From the IMG/VR virus record IMGVR_UViG_3300020044_001239, positions 1 to 34,894 of that record: 34,894 nucleotides of DNA; one strand, 5' to 3'. Below the pieces are notes generated by a model. That model made no database searches. It saw only the letters and a list, made by a program, of their open reading frames with translations, and was not told the DNA's origin. Source of the stretch: a virus. Lineage: Duplodnaviria; Caudoviricetes. Positions within the stretch are counted from its first letter, which is position 1, and every line of letters starts with the position of its first letter. The position numbers were made by a program, and so were the translations under genes. Of this stretch, positions 27,766 to 34,894 are shown in pieces.

Positions 27766-29821
27766 TACCTGCAAATCCTTGTTCACCCGGCACTGGTGCA
27801 GCACCAACGCCAATATTACCACCACCGCCACCCGTCATATCTTGTACACCGGGAGCACCACCAGCAGCAGGAGGCGTAGTGCCTGTAGCTTCCTGATTCT
27901 GTCTAAGTAGATAGGCTTGCAATGCAGCCTCTTCCATACTGTTAGTCACCTTGTCTGGATCTAAGTCCATGCTCTTCGCAATTTCTTTGATGATGTAAGG
28001 AAACTTAGCAAACGGCATCAAAGCTGGAGAACTAGCAATCTGCAAGAACTGCATCAAGCGTTGACTCCTCACTTCGTTAGCCATCAAGCTCTCTGTACCT
28101 TTAGCCTTAACTTCCAAATCACCTCTGATTTCAGCATCAAAGTCAAACTGCATATTGAAACTGAAGAAGGCTTTACCCAAAGGCTCAAGCAAGTAGTCAT
28201 CAATGTTCTTGATAACAGTTTTGATGTTGCCTGATGCAGCATTCATCAACATGCTAATACCAGCAGCAGTACGGCCTACACCAGAGATACCTGTTTGTCC
28301 ATGAGAGAACGAAGGAATACCTGTGGACTCATCAGCAAGTTGTCTTGCTTTGTCAAACAGTTGCAAGTTCTCAGCAGCCACGTTAGGAAACTTAGTTCCA
28401 AACAAGCTTTGACCCGGAGCACCACCCTGTCGCCTAAACACTTTGCCGGGATAGACAGAGAGTTCTTGACCGGGAACCATATTGGTTTCATCAATCTCAA
28501 ACACTAAGTTACCAGACAACACAGCATTGTCTACAGCCATACGCATGAAACCATTCATGAGCATCTGTGTATCACTCATGTTCTCACCAATACCAATACC
28601 AGCAAGTGAGTATGGATTGAGTTCATACGGAGCAGCATGATAAGGAATCTTTGCTGGCTTGAATGGATTGAGAACAAGACGCAAGATGGATCCATTGCAA
28701 TACCAAATGTTGGCTTGCAACTCTTCCATGTCTTCCAACTCTTTAGGAATCTCTACATCATTCTCTTTGAGCAAGTCAATAGAAACATTACCCCAATATT
28801 CCAACACTTCATATCTGTTAACACCAAAGCGAGGAGCATAGTCTCTTAAGTCATCTTCCCAATACTTCTTGATGTAGCCTTCACCACCTTCAACAACTTG
28901 ATCAATCACATTACCACGGAAGAAAGGTCTACGCTTCAACGCATACATTTCTGTTCTGCTCATCTTATGACGCTCAATGACATACTGGCATTGATCCATG
29001 TTCACTGCATCTGGATCCCAATAGAAATTCCAAATAGAAACATGTGATACTTCAGGAACAGTTTTTATTTCAGGATTGTACTTACCTGTCTCATCCCAGT
29101 TTGGATATTCTTTGTTAATGGCAAACGGCCCCTTCATAACGCCTGTACCAAACAAGGCCATCTCAAAGGCAGTGGAACGCAAGTGCTTATTAGCACCACT
29201 CTCATCCAATTGGTCATGTATCTTCTTCTCCATCTTCTTAGCTGCAACAGCAGCAGGATGGAATGTGATACTAGTGGGAGTAGCCCCCGGTCCTTCTTTG
29301 ATGTTCTTAACATCTTTAAGTTTATTCTTAAGAGGACCAAGGTTGTATGCTGTAGTTCCGGGAGGTAATTCTTTACCATCACCTTTATAACCAAAAGGCA
29401 TAGAAGGTAAGTCTAGTTCTGTATCTTCCATTCCGGGGGGTTCTGTTGGATCGAAGTGAACAGAATCAGAGACACCATCAGGAATAGGTGTAGGATCTAC
29501 AGACAAAGGAAACTTATTATTAGCAAACAAGACATCTGTAATCTGACCATATGCAGCCAATGTCTTTGTCTTTGTCACTTTAATGAATACACGAGACTTC
29601 TCTGTCTCAGTAAATTGAACATCAGGACCATACAAGCCACGATAGTTTCTATATGCTTTTAACCAACGAGTTTCGTCAGTGATGCGGCCTTCTTCAGACT
29701 TACTGAAAAGCTGCTGAATATATTTAACAAGGGAATCCGCATAGAATGTGTCATCCCCATCTTTCTTAATATCTTCTAATGAAATAGGATTGCTATCCAT
29801 GAAAGATTGTTTCTCTGCCAT
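27728..29821 (-). CDS. Portal (head-tail connector) protein
   Basis: 697 aa directly after TerL. Motifs ALFGTGVMK, GIGIGE, ADESTGIP..SHG and RTAAGISML; Gln/Pro/Gly-rich tail. Confidence 0.9.
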   Translation of the reverse strand: MAEKQSFMDSNPISLEDIKKDGDDTFYADSLVKYIQQLFSKSEEGRITDETRWLKAYRNYRGLYGPDVQFTETEKSRVFIKVTKTKTLAAYGQITDVLFANNKFPLSVDPTPIPDGVSDSVHFDPTEPPGMEDTELDLPSMPFGYKGDGKELPPGTTAYNLGPLKNKLKDVKNIKEGPGATPTSITFHPAAVAAKKMEKKIHDQLDESGANKHLRSTAFEMALFGTGVMKGPFAINKEYPNWDETGKYNPEIKTVPEVSHVSIWNFYWDPDAVNMDQCQYVIERHKMSRTEMYALKRRPFFRGNVIDQVVEGGEGYIKKYWEDDLRDYAPRFGVNRYEVLEYWGNVSIDLLKENDVEIPKELEDMEELQANIWYCNGSILRLVLNPFKPAKIPYHAAPYELNPYSLAGIGIGENMSDTQMLMNGFMRMAVDNAVLSGNLVFEIDETNMVPGQELSVYPGKVFRRQGGAPGQSLFGTKFPNVAAENLQLFDKARQLADESTGIPSFSHGQTGISGVGRTAAGISMLMNAASGNIKTVIKNIDDYLLEPLGKAFFSFNMQFDFDAEIRGDLEVKAKGTESLMANEVRSQRLMQFLQIASSPALMPFAKFPYIIKEIAKSMDLDPDKVTNSMEEAALQAYLLRQNQEATGTTPPAAGGAPGVQDMTGGGGGNIGVGAAPVPGEQGFAGNVQQQQAVPPQA

Positions 29822-29830
29822 AATTTACCT

Positions 29831-31426
29831 TTAATATCCCATCACTGGATCAGCAACTTTTAAACCTACAGGTTTTGATGTGGCTGGATTATAGTCCCAA
29901 ATACTACTTCTGGGTCTACTCATAAGACCATACCTAAGAGCATCATATAAGTGATCCTCTGCCTTCGTATCAATGTCTTCTGGATTTCTTTTATCCAAAG
30001 GAATGATAGGAAGTTGTGCAATTGTATTAATACAGTTGCTTGTTATAACCATTCTTGGCTGTTCTGTAAAGGGATCAATCTGAAGTCTACGATGAACTTC
30101 ATTTTTACCAGAGATACGGCTACCAGCACTGCGGTCTGCCTGTCTCCACCTACATCCCTCTAAAATCATCTGCTCAGCCAAAGACGGACCCGTGTCACCA
30201 CGCTTATGCCAGCAACTACTATCAAGAACACCATAGCGGATAGTCCCATCATTCTCCTCTGCTCTCATAATCATGTGGGCTAAGTCCTTAGCAAGCACCT
30301 TGCTGACGTACAACTCACGATAAACTACCAATTGTTCGCTGGGAGACACAGCAAACCAGACAACCGCACTATAACTACCATATCCGTAGTCCCCAGCCCT
30401 GAATCTAGTCCAGCTTTTGGGGATGTCAAAGGGTTCAACCACATGAATCTGCCTATTAAACTCAGGAAATGCAGCACCTTCTGCAATATCCCAGTTACCT
30501 TCTAACAATTGCTTGCGTTGATGCTCAGGAAGAGACAACAACATCGTCTCATAGTCACCTGTCTGCATCAAATAGGGGTTATCCGACAACATAGCAGGGA
30601 TAAACCTACGCTTAAACAGTGCTTGCCCCTCCTTGCTGTGTCCTTTGGGATACACTAAGGTGGTTCCACTCTCAATATCAGTGGCATCAAAGGCTTTACC
30701 CGCTGGAGAAGGGTCAATAAACATCTTCTTCACCCAAGCATGACCCGGTCCACCCGGATTTGTTGTAGCTCTCATGAAGATTGGTAGGTCTGACGCTGCT
30801 GTACGCAGTCGAGAACGCATATAGTTCCACGGAAATGGCGTATGCCACTGCGTCAACTCATCAAAACCAATCCAGCTAAACGCCAAACCCTGATATCTCA
30901 ATACATCTTCGTCTCTATCAAGGTAAGACATCCATAGTCTAGCCCCTGATGGTGCTTCCCACTGCATCTTTCGCTCACTCCACTTGATGCCGGGGTAAAT
31001 CTTTGGATAAAGCTCTTGGCTTTTCCAGATAAGTTCTCGAAGTTCTTCTGTTGTATGACGCAGAAGCAACCCAGAAAACTGAGGATGCACCATATACCTC
31101 AGTGGATCAGCCAACATAGCGTAGCTTTTACCACCTCCAGCAGCACCACCATATAAAACTTCCCTCTCTGAGGAAGCTAAGAAGAATGTTTGAGGCCCAG
31201 CATTGGGCTTAAACAATACTTCCCTATCATCAGGTATCGCTAGAGGAGTCTCTGGCGAGTTTACTATCGATATATTCGGAGAGCTTGCTGTACTGCTCTG
31301 ACTCGAAGTATCCTGTTTGGTCTTCCCTGCCGAGCCTCTTGGATTTTTCTTCGTACCTTTCCGCTTGCTCAAGGGCTTTTTTGAGCCTTGTGGCAAGGTT
31401 GCGGTAAGTAGCGGATTTTCGTCCAT
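29831..31426 (-). CDS. terL: Terminase large subunit
   Basis: Walker A YGGAAGGGKS, Walker B WIGFDEL, coupling motif ATTNPGG, and nuclease acidic motifs GDYG and DHLYDALRY. Start codon uncertain. Confidence 0.95.
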   Translation of the reverse strand: MDENPLLTATLPQGSKKPLSKRKGTKKNPRGSAGKTKQDTSSQSSTASSPNISIVNSPETPLAIPDDREVLFKPNAGPQTFFLASSEREVLYGGAAGGGKSYAMLADPLRYMVHPQFSGLLLRHTTEELRELIWKSQELYPKIYPGIKWSERKMQWEAPSGARLWMSYLDRDEDVLRYQGLAFSWIGFDELTQWHTPFPWNYMRSRLRTAASDLPIFMRATTNPGGPGHAWVKKMFIDPSPAGKAFDATDIESGTTLVYPKGHSKEGQALFKRRFIPAMLSDNPYLMQTGDYETMLLSLPEHQRKQLLEGNWDIAEGAAFPEFNRQIHVVEPFDIPKSWTRFRAGDYGYGSYSAVVWFAVSPSEQLVVYRELYVSKVLAKDLAHMIMRAEENDGTIRYGVLDSSCWHKRGDTGPSLAEQMILEGCRWRQADRSAGSRISGKNEVHRRLQIDPFTEQPRMVITSNCINTIAQLPIIPLDKRNPEDIDTKAEDHLYDALRYGLMSRPRSSIWDYNPATSKPVGLKVADPVMGY

Positions 31427-31712
31427 GCTTTCTTTCAGTCTTTATTCTCTTTAACAAACCTACATGGCTTATAGGTCTACCTGTTGTAGTGGTAAGCCAA
31501 GCTGCTACCTGCCTAGAGCTATATTGTTTTAAATGTTTCTTAGCTAGTTCTAACGCTTCAAGCTCTGTAGGAATTGGCTGCAGGAGGTTAGGATCTTCTT
31601 CATCTTGTCTATAACCAAATGGTATAGTTTTTCTAATTTTTGGAATAGGTACATATGTTTCCTTTGCTTTCGGTTGGGGAAGTATCCAAGCCCCTAAATC
31701 TCTATCACTCAC
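31230..31712 (-). CDS. HTH DNA-binding protein (recombinase-domain-like IPFGY motif)
   Basis: IPFGY...SSRQVAAWLT...ISHVGLLKRI resembles the DNA-binding region of serine-recombinase-type domains; no catalytic domain. Confidence 0.6.
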   Translation of the reverse strand: MSDRDLGAWILPQPKAKETYVPIPKIRKTIPFGYRQDEEDPNLLQPIPTELEALELAKKHLKQYSSRQVAAWLTTTTGRPISHVGLLKRIKTERKHGRKSATYRNLATRLKKALEQAERYEEKSKRLGREDQTGYFESEQYSKLSEYIDSKLARDSSSDT

Positions 31713-32073
31713 CGCTGTCTTTGGCTGGCAAAATCATAATGCCGTTAGGTGCTGACACCTGAACCTTTTCTGTTTTTACCAAACCAGCCCTGTCTAACAA
31801 ATCCTTAGCAGCATTGAGCTTCTCTTTCAAGCCTAGCTCTGTAGGATCGGCAATGCCACTAACAACAGCCATAGCTGCACGAGGAGCATTCATAGCAATA
31901 TAAAGCTGTGTAGCCTCAATCACTTCTTCCTTGAGAGTATCCATAATCATCTTGGTAGCATAGCCTTCGCTGTAGCCAGCAAGCTGCCTTGCCTTAGCTG
32001 GATTGCCCCCAGCCTCAGCAAATAACACCTCAATGAATTTCTTCTGTTGTTCGTTAAGTTCTCTTTTAGACAT
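31705..32073 (-). CDS. Terminase small subunit (putative)
   Basis: LNEQQKKFIE...GNPAKARQLAGYS HTH typical of TerS, plus LNAAKDLLDRAG. Located upstream of TerL. Confidence 0.75.
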   Translation of the reverse strand: MSKRELNEQQKKFIEVLFAEAGGNPAKARQLAGYSEGYATKMIMDTLKEEVIEATQLYIAMNAPRAAMAVVSGIADPTELGLKEKLNAAKDLLDRAGLVKTEKVQVSAPNGIMILPAKDSGE

Positions 32074-32081
32074 AATGTTCT

Positions 32082-32417
32082 TTATAAATTAGATACAGCA
32101 TATTGTTCTTTAACTCTAATAGTGACAACAATGGAAGTACCAGCACTTGCTAGTCCTCTGATTTTATCACCAGCTTCTAGATATAACGCATCAGTGATCT
32201 GTAATATGCTATTAGGTTCCATCCTCACAGTGGTAGCAATCGGGTAGTAAGTTGTATTAGACAATTTATACCAGTCTAAGTTAAAAGTAATTGCCGAAGA
32301 TGTGATATTACTGATGAGGATGGAATCGATGGTGGCTTTAAAACTAGTAGGCACAGTGTATACATCTGCGTTACTGGTTGTTAGCGTTAACCCTAAGCTT
32401 CTATTTTTGCTGGTCAT
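32082..32417 (-). CDS. Small beta-sandwich protein, probably structural (111 aa)
   Basis: VYTVP..FKATIDSILISN...LYLEAGDKI pattern; Thr/Ser-rich. Confidence 0.6.
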   Translation of the reverse strand: MTSKNRSLGLTLTTSNADVYTVPTSFKATIDSILISNITSSAITFNLDWYKLSNTTYYPIATTVRMEPNSILQITDALYLEAGDKIRGLASAGTSIVVTIRVKEQYAVSNL

Positions 32418-33655
32418 TATGTTAAGTCATAAAAAGAAAGAGAACCTATACCACCACCAGTTGCTGATACTGTTCTAGCAGCTAGTGTATAAATATCACT
32501 CACACTTGCTAAAGTTCTACCAAGTTGTAAATCCCAATTGTAACCAGACCCTGTAGCTAATGGGACTCTTCCAGATTTACCTGTAGTGTACTCACTATAT
32601 ACAATTGTTCCACCAGCCATAGATGTAGAAGCTATGTCTTGTTCTACATTGTTAGTAGAAGAAACTGTTGTCCATGTTGGTGTTGTCAGTGTAGCATTTT
32701 TAAACAAAGCCACCTCATAATTGTCGGAGGTAGTGGGTAAGAAATTTAAATTGTAAGGAAGTATTACAGCATCTAACGAGGCTGATGCTAGTCTGATGGA
32801 CACCAGCGGTTTAAATGTTGTTGTTAGATATGAACCCGATGTAGCAGACACCATTCTGGCTGAGTGTTCTTGCGACACTGCTTCATATCCACCCTCAGAC
32901 ATAACAGAAGAACAAATCTGTTTCATTGCTGACGAAGAAGCTACAGTGCCTGTATTGGTAATTTCATAACGCACAGGAAGAATGGCTGTAGTCATATATA
33001 CAGATGTTTGTATATTGGCGTTGTGGAATGTATGGGCAACAATGAATTGACCATCAATAACAAATCCACATCTAACACTACCGACACCAAGCCATTCAAA
33101 ATCTAAGAACAAGATTTGTGTCTTGGTCAGGTCTAATGTGATACCGCTAGTACCTGTACCATCCAGCTTATCACCATTCCAACTAGCCTTAGCTACATAA
33201 CGTGCATCGCTAACACTACCACTGGTAGATGTTCTTAAAACAAAGGTAATACCATTAGCACCTTGTTCTAAGAACACACCATTGGCTGTACCAAAGTAAC
33301 CAACCCTTTGTCTTAAATTGGTCTTAGCTGCATCCATCTTGAATGTAGCTAATAACAACAAGCTCTTACCCGGCTGATAAGGAAACACTCTAAATGTCTG
33401 TCTCACCACTTCATCACCTGAGGTGGTAGACACAGCCATACTTACAGAAGACTCATTAGAAAGATGAGTAGCAGCTCCAGAACCAGCAGTGGAGGTACTG
33501 AATTGATTATCAATACCATACCTATTCTGGCTATCAAACAATGTATAAGGCTGACTAACCCTTATCCTTCCAAAGGCATCAGTGTTAGTTCCACCAATGC
33601 TAACAGTGTTTCCACTGCTAGTTATTTGTATCTGGCTTGGATAAGAATATATCAT
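32417..33655 (-). CDS. Beta-rich, probably virion-surface protein (412 aa)
   Basis: DAFGRIRVS.P.TLFD N-terminus; Thr/Ser/Gly-rich lectin-like beta composition. Confidence 0.6.
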   Translation of the reverse strand: MIYSYPSQIQITSSGNTVSIGGTNTDAFGRIRVSQPYTLFDSQNRYGIDNQFSTSTAGSGAATHLSNESSVSMAVSTTSGDEVVRQTFRVFPYQPGKSLLLLATFKMDAAKTNLRQRVGYFGTANGVFLEQGANGITFVLRTSTSGSVSDARYVAKASWNGDKLDGTGTSGITLDLTKTQILFLDFEWLGVGSVRCGFVIDGQFIVAHTFHNANIQTSVYMTTAILPVRYEITNTGTVASSSAMKQICSSVMSEGGYEAVSQEHSARMVSATSGSYLTTTFKPLVSIRLASASLDAVILPYNLNFLPTTSDNYEVALFKNATLTTPTWTTVSSTNNVEQDIASTSMAGGTIVYSEYTTGKSGRVPLATGSGYNWDLQLGRTLASVSDIYTLAARTVSATGGGIGSLSFYDLT

Positions 33656-33822
33656 TACTTCTTCTTCATCCGTGAAGCTTCAGACAAAGCAATGGCAATG
33701 CCCTGCTTTGGGTTCTTAACAACCTTGCCACCTTTGCCAGAATGCAGAGTTCCTGTTTTGAACTCATGCATCACTTTACCAACTTTGGCTTGCTGTTTTT
33801 TAGAAAGCTTAGTTGTAGCCAT
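33655..33822 (-). CDS. Small basic protein (DUF6496-like from recall)
   Basis: ATG at 33822 preferred. KVGKVMHEFKTGTLHSG...VKNPKQGIAIALSEA. Confidence 0.7.
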   Translation of the reverse strand: MATTKLSKKQQAKVGKVMHEFKTGTLHSGKGGKVVKNPKQGIAIALSEASRMKKK

Positions 33823-33823
33823 A

Positions 33824-34048
33824 TCAGCACTTCTTCTTAGCCATGCCACCTTTAGCCATAGCAGTTTTACCCTTTGGCTTACCCATACCAATCATAATGG
33901 CAATAGCTGGCTTCTTAGCCATGCCACCCTTAGCCATCTTCTCTTCAGCCTTCTCTTTTTTCATAGGCTCTTTTTTCTCATGCTTCATCATTGCACCTTT
34001 AGAAGCGTAAGTTTCTTTACCTTCTTTAATCATTTTGTTCATAGCCAT
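33824..34048 (-). CDS. Small Lys/Met-rich protein with two MAKGGMAKK repeats
   Basis: ORF coupled to both neighbours, with a 27-nt internal duplication. Confidence 0.7.
   Translation of the reverse strand: MAMNKMIKEGKETYASKGAMMKHEKKEPMKKEKAEEKMAKGGMAKKPAIAIMIGMGKPKGKTAMAKGGMAKKKC
33833..33937. repeat. 27-nt direct repeat (1 mismatch) encoding MAKGGMAKK
   Basis: cttcttagccatgccacctttagccat at 33833-33859 and cttcttagccatgccacccttagccat at 33911-33937. Confidence 0.9.
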
Positions 34049-34398
34049 TATTTTTTCCCTTTAGTACCAAACACATTATGGGGCTTCATAGAAGCACCCA
34101 CACCACTATTAACCACCATACCACCCTTTGCCATCATTGGTGTTTGCATAGGCATAGCATAACCACCACCCATCATCTTCTTCTCTTTGTTAGTGGCTGT
34201 ACGGCTACCTCTAACAGGCATACCACCCTTAGCCAGTTTAGCTGGAGGAGTAGAAGGAGTAGGAGCTTTAGTGGCTTCATAAGCCTTACGCTCTAGCTCA
34301 TTAGCTCTGTCCAAATAGGTGTTACGCACCTCTTGAGGAATGCTCTCATCTTTAGCCTTCTCTCTATACATCTTTACTTTCTCTGCATCGGTAGCCAT
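34048..34398 (-). CDS. Small basic protein with LAKGGM/MAKGGM motifs (116 aa)
   Basis: AAGGAG RBS; helical N-terminus and a disordered, motif-bearing C-terminus. Confidence 0.75.
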   Translation of the reverse strand: MATDAEKVKMYREKAKDESIPQEVRNTYLDRANELERKAYEATKAPTPSTPPAKLAKGGMPVRGSRTATNKEKKMMGGGYAMPMQTPMMAKGGMVVNSGVGASMKPHNVFGTKGKK

Positions 34399-34413
34399 AG
34401 TTTCTCCTTTTAG

Positions 34414-34683
34414 TTACCACTTAACCTTGTCTGCCCAATAAGCAGCAGACATCTTACCCTTGTTAATGTTCTCAGCATGACGAGCTTTGAAGCTCTTCTG
34501 TCTAGCTTTCTCTTTCGGTGTAGATGGATTTGCTCCAGCACCACTAACACCCTGCTGTCCAAACCTAATAAGCTTCACTGTGTCACCCTCTTTAGCTAAC
34601 ACAGCATGACTCTTCGTAGGATGCTTAGGAGTAGCCTTAGGCTTGTTATACCCTGAAAACTCTTCACTACCTTTTTTAATCAT
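34414..34683 (-). CDS. Small basic phage protein (89 aa)
   Basis: KLIRFGQQG...RQKSFKARH...SAAYWADKVKW; ATGA-coupled to the upstream gene. Confidence 0.75.
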   Translation of the reverse strand: MIKKGSEEFSGYNKPKATPKHPTKSHAVLAKEGDTVKLIRFGQQGVSGAGANPSTPKEKARQKSFKARHAENINKGKMSAAYWADKVKW

Positions 34684-34894
34684 CTGAATTTGCTCACTTT
34701 CTTAGCAATCTCTTTTGGTTGTTTAACAAACTGCTTACCAGCCTTTGTGCCTTCACGCTTAGCCTTGGTGGTAGCAGCATACTCAGCAGAGCTTAAAGAC
34801 TTAATGGCAGCTTCAGGAAGATAACGCTCTCCTGTTTTAGAAGAAGGTTTACCAGACTTAGTAGTCCATTTCTGGGCTGTCCAATCTTTTAAAG
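34680..34894 (-). CDS. 3' part of a small basic protein (DUF5872-like from recall), partial
   Basis: Open frame to the window edge: LKDWTAQKWTTKSGKPSSKTGERYLPEAAIKSLSSAEYAATTKAKREG...KFR*. Not in the ORF track. Confidence 0.75.
   Translation of the reverse strand, partial: LKDWTAQKWTTKSGKPSSKTGERYLPEAAIKSLSSAEYAATTKAKREGTKAGKQFVKQPKEIAKKVSKFR

Noticed and set aside
31230-31712. Integrase/serine recombinase call
   Set aside because: Only a short DNA-binding-like segment is present, with no catalytic resolvase domain.
1-34894. tRNA genes and repeated T7-type phage RNA polymerase promoters
   Set aside because: No cloverleaf/T-loop signature or recurring 20-23 bp motif was seen in the few intergenic gaps. 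This was checked by eye only; tRNAscan and MEME would confirm.

Overview
This window is the virion morphogenesis and lysis arm of a tailed dsDNA podovirus-type bacteriophage. Spanins indicate a Gram-negative host. The gene set and order resemble aquatic SIO1/Zobellviridae-like podoviruses, which is an inference not checked by search. Almost all genes are on the minus strand. Reading right to left: small basic proteins, two beta-rich proteins, TerS, an HTH protein, TerL, portal, a 366-aa protein in the usual protease position, scaffold, major capsid, a decoration protein, a terminator, tail adaptor and nozzle, fibres with a 2OG-Fe(II) oxygenase cassette, an unusually large lysis/membrane cluster (GH19 endolysin, embedded spanins), an HEXXH protein and three large internal/ejection proteins. 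The arm meets a convergent plus-strand nuclease-like gene at the left edge. The most notable unexplained signal is a short peptide tag, [FYMLV]-A-x-G-G-hydrophobic. It occurs about 11 times in five otherwise unrelated proteins, at termini and domain junctions, and it brackets an ADP-ribosyltransferase-like module in the largest ejection protein. It may be a packaging or cleavage signal read by the portal-linked 366-aa protein. Candidate structured RNA leaders lie upstream of the scaffold gene (an H-type pseudoknot) and the capsid gene. All product calls come from motif recognition and gene order; no database searches were run.
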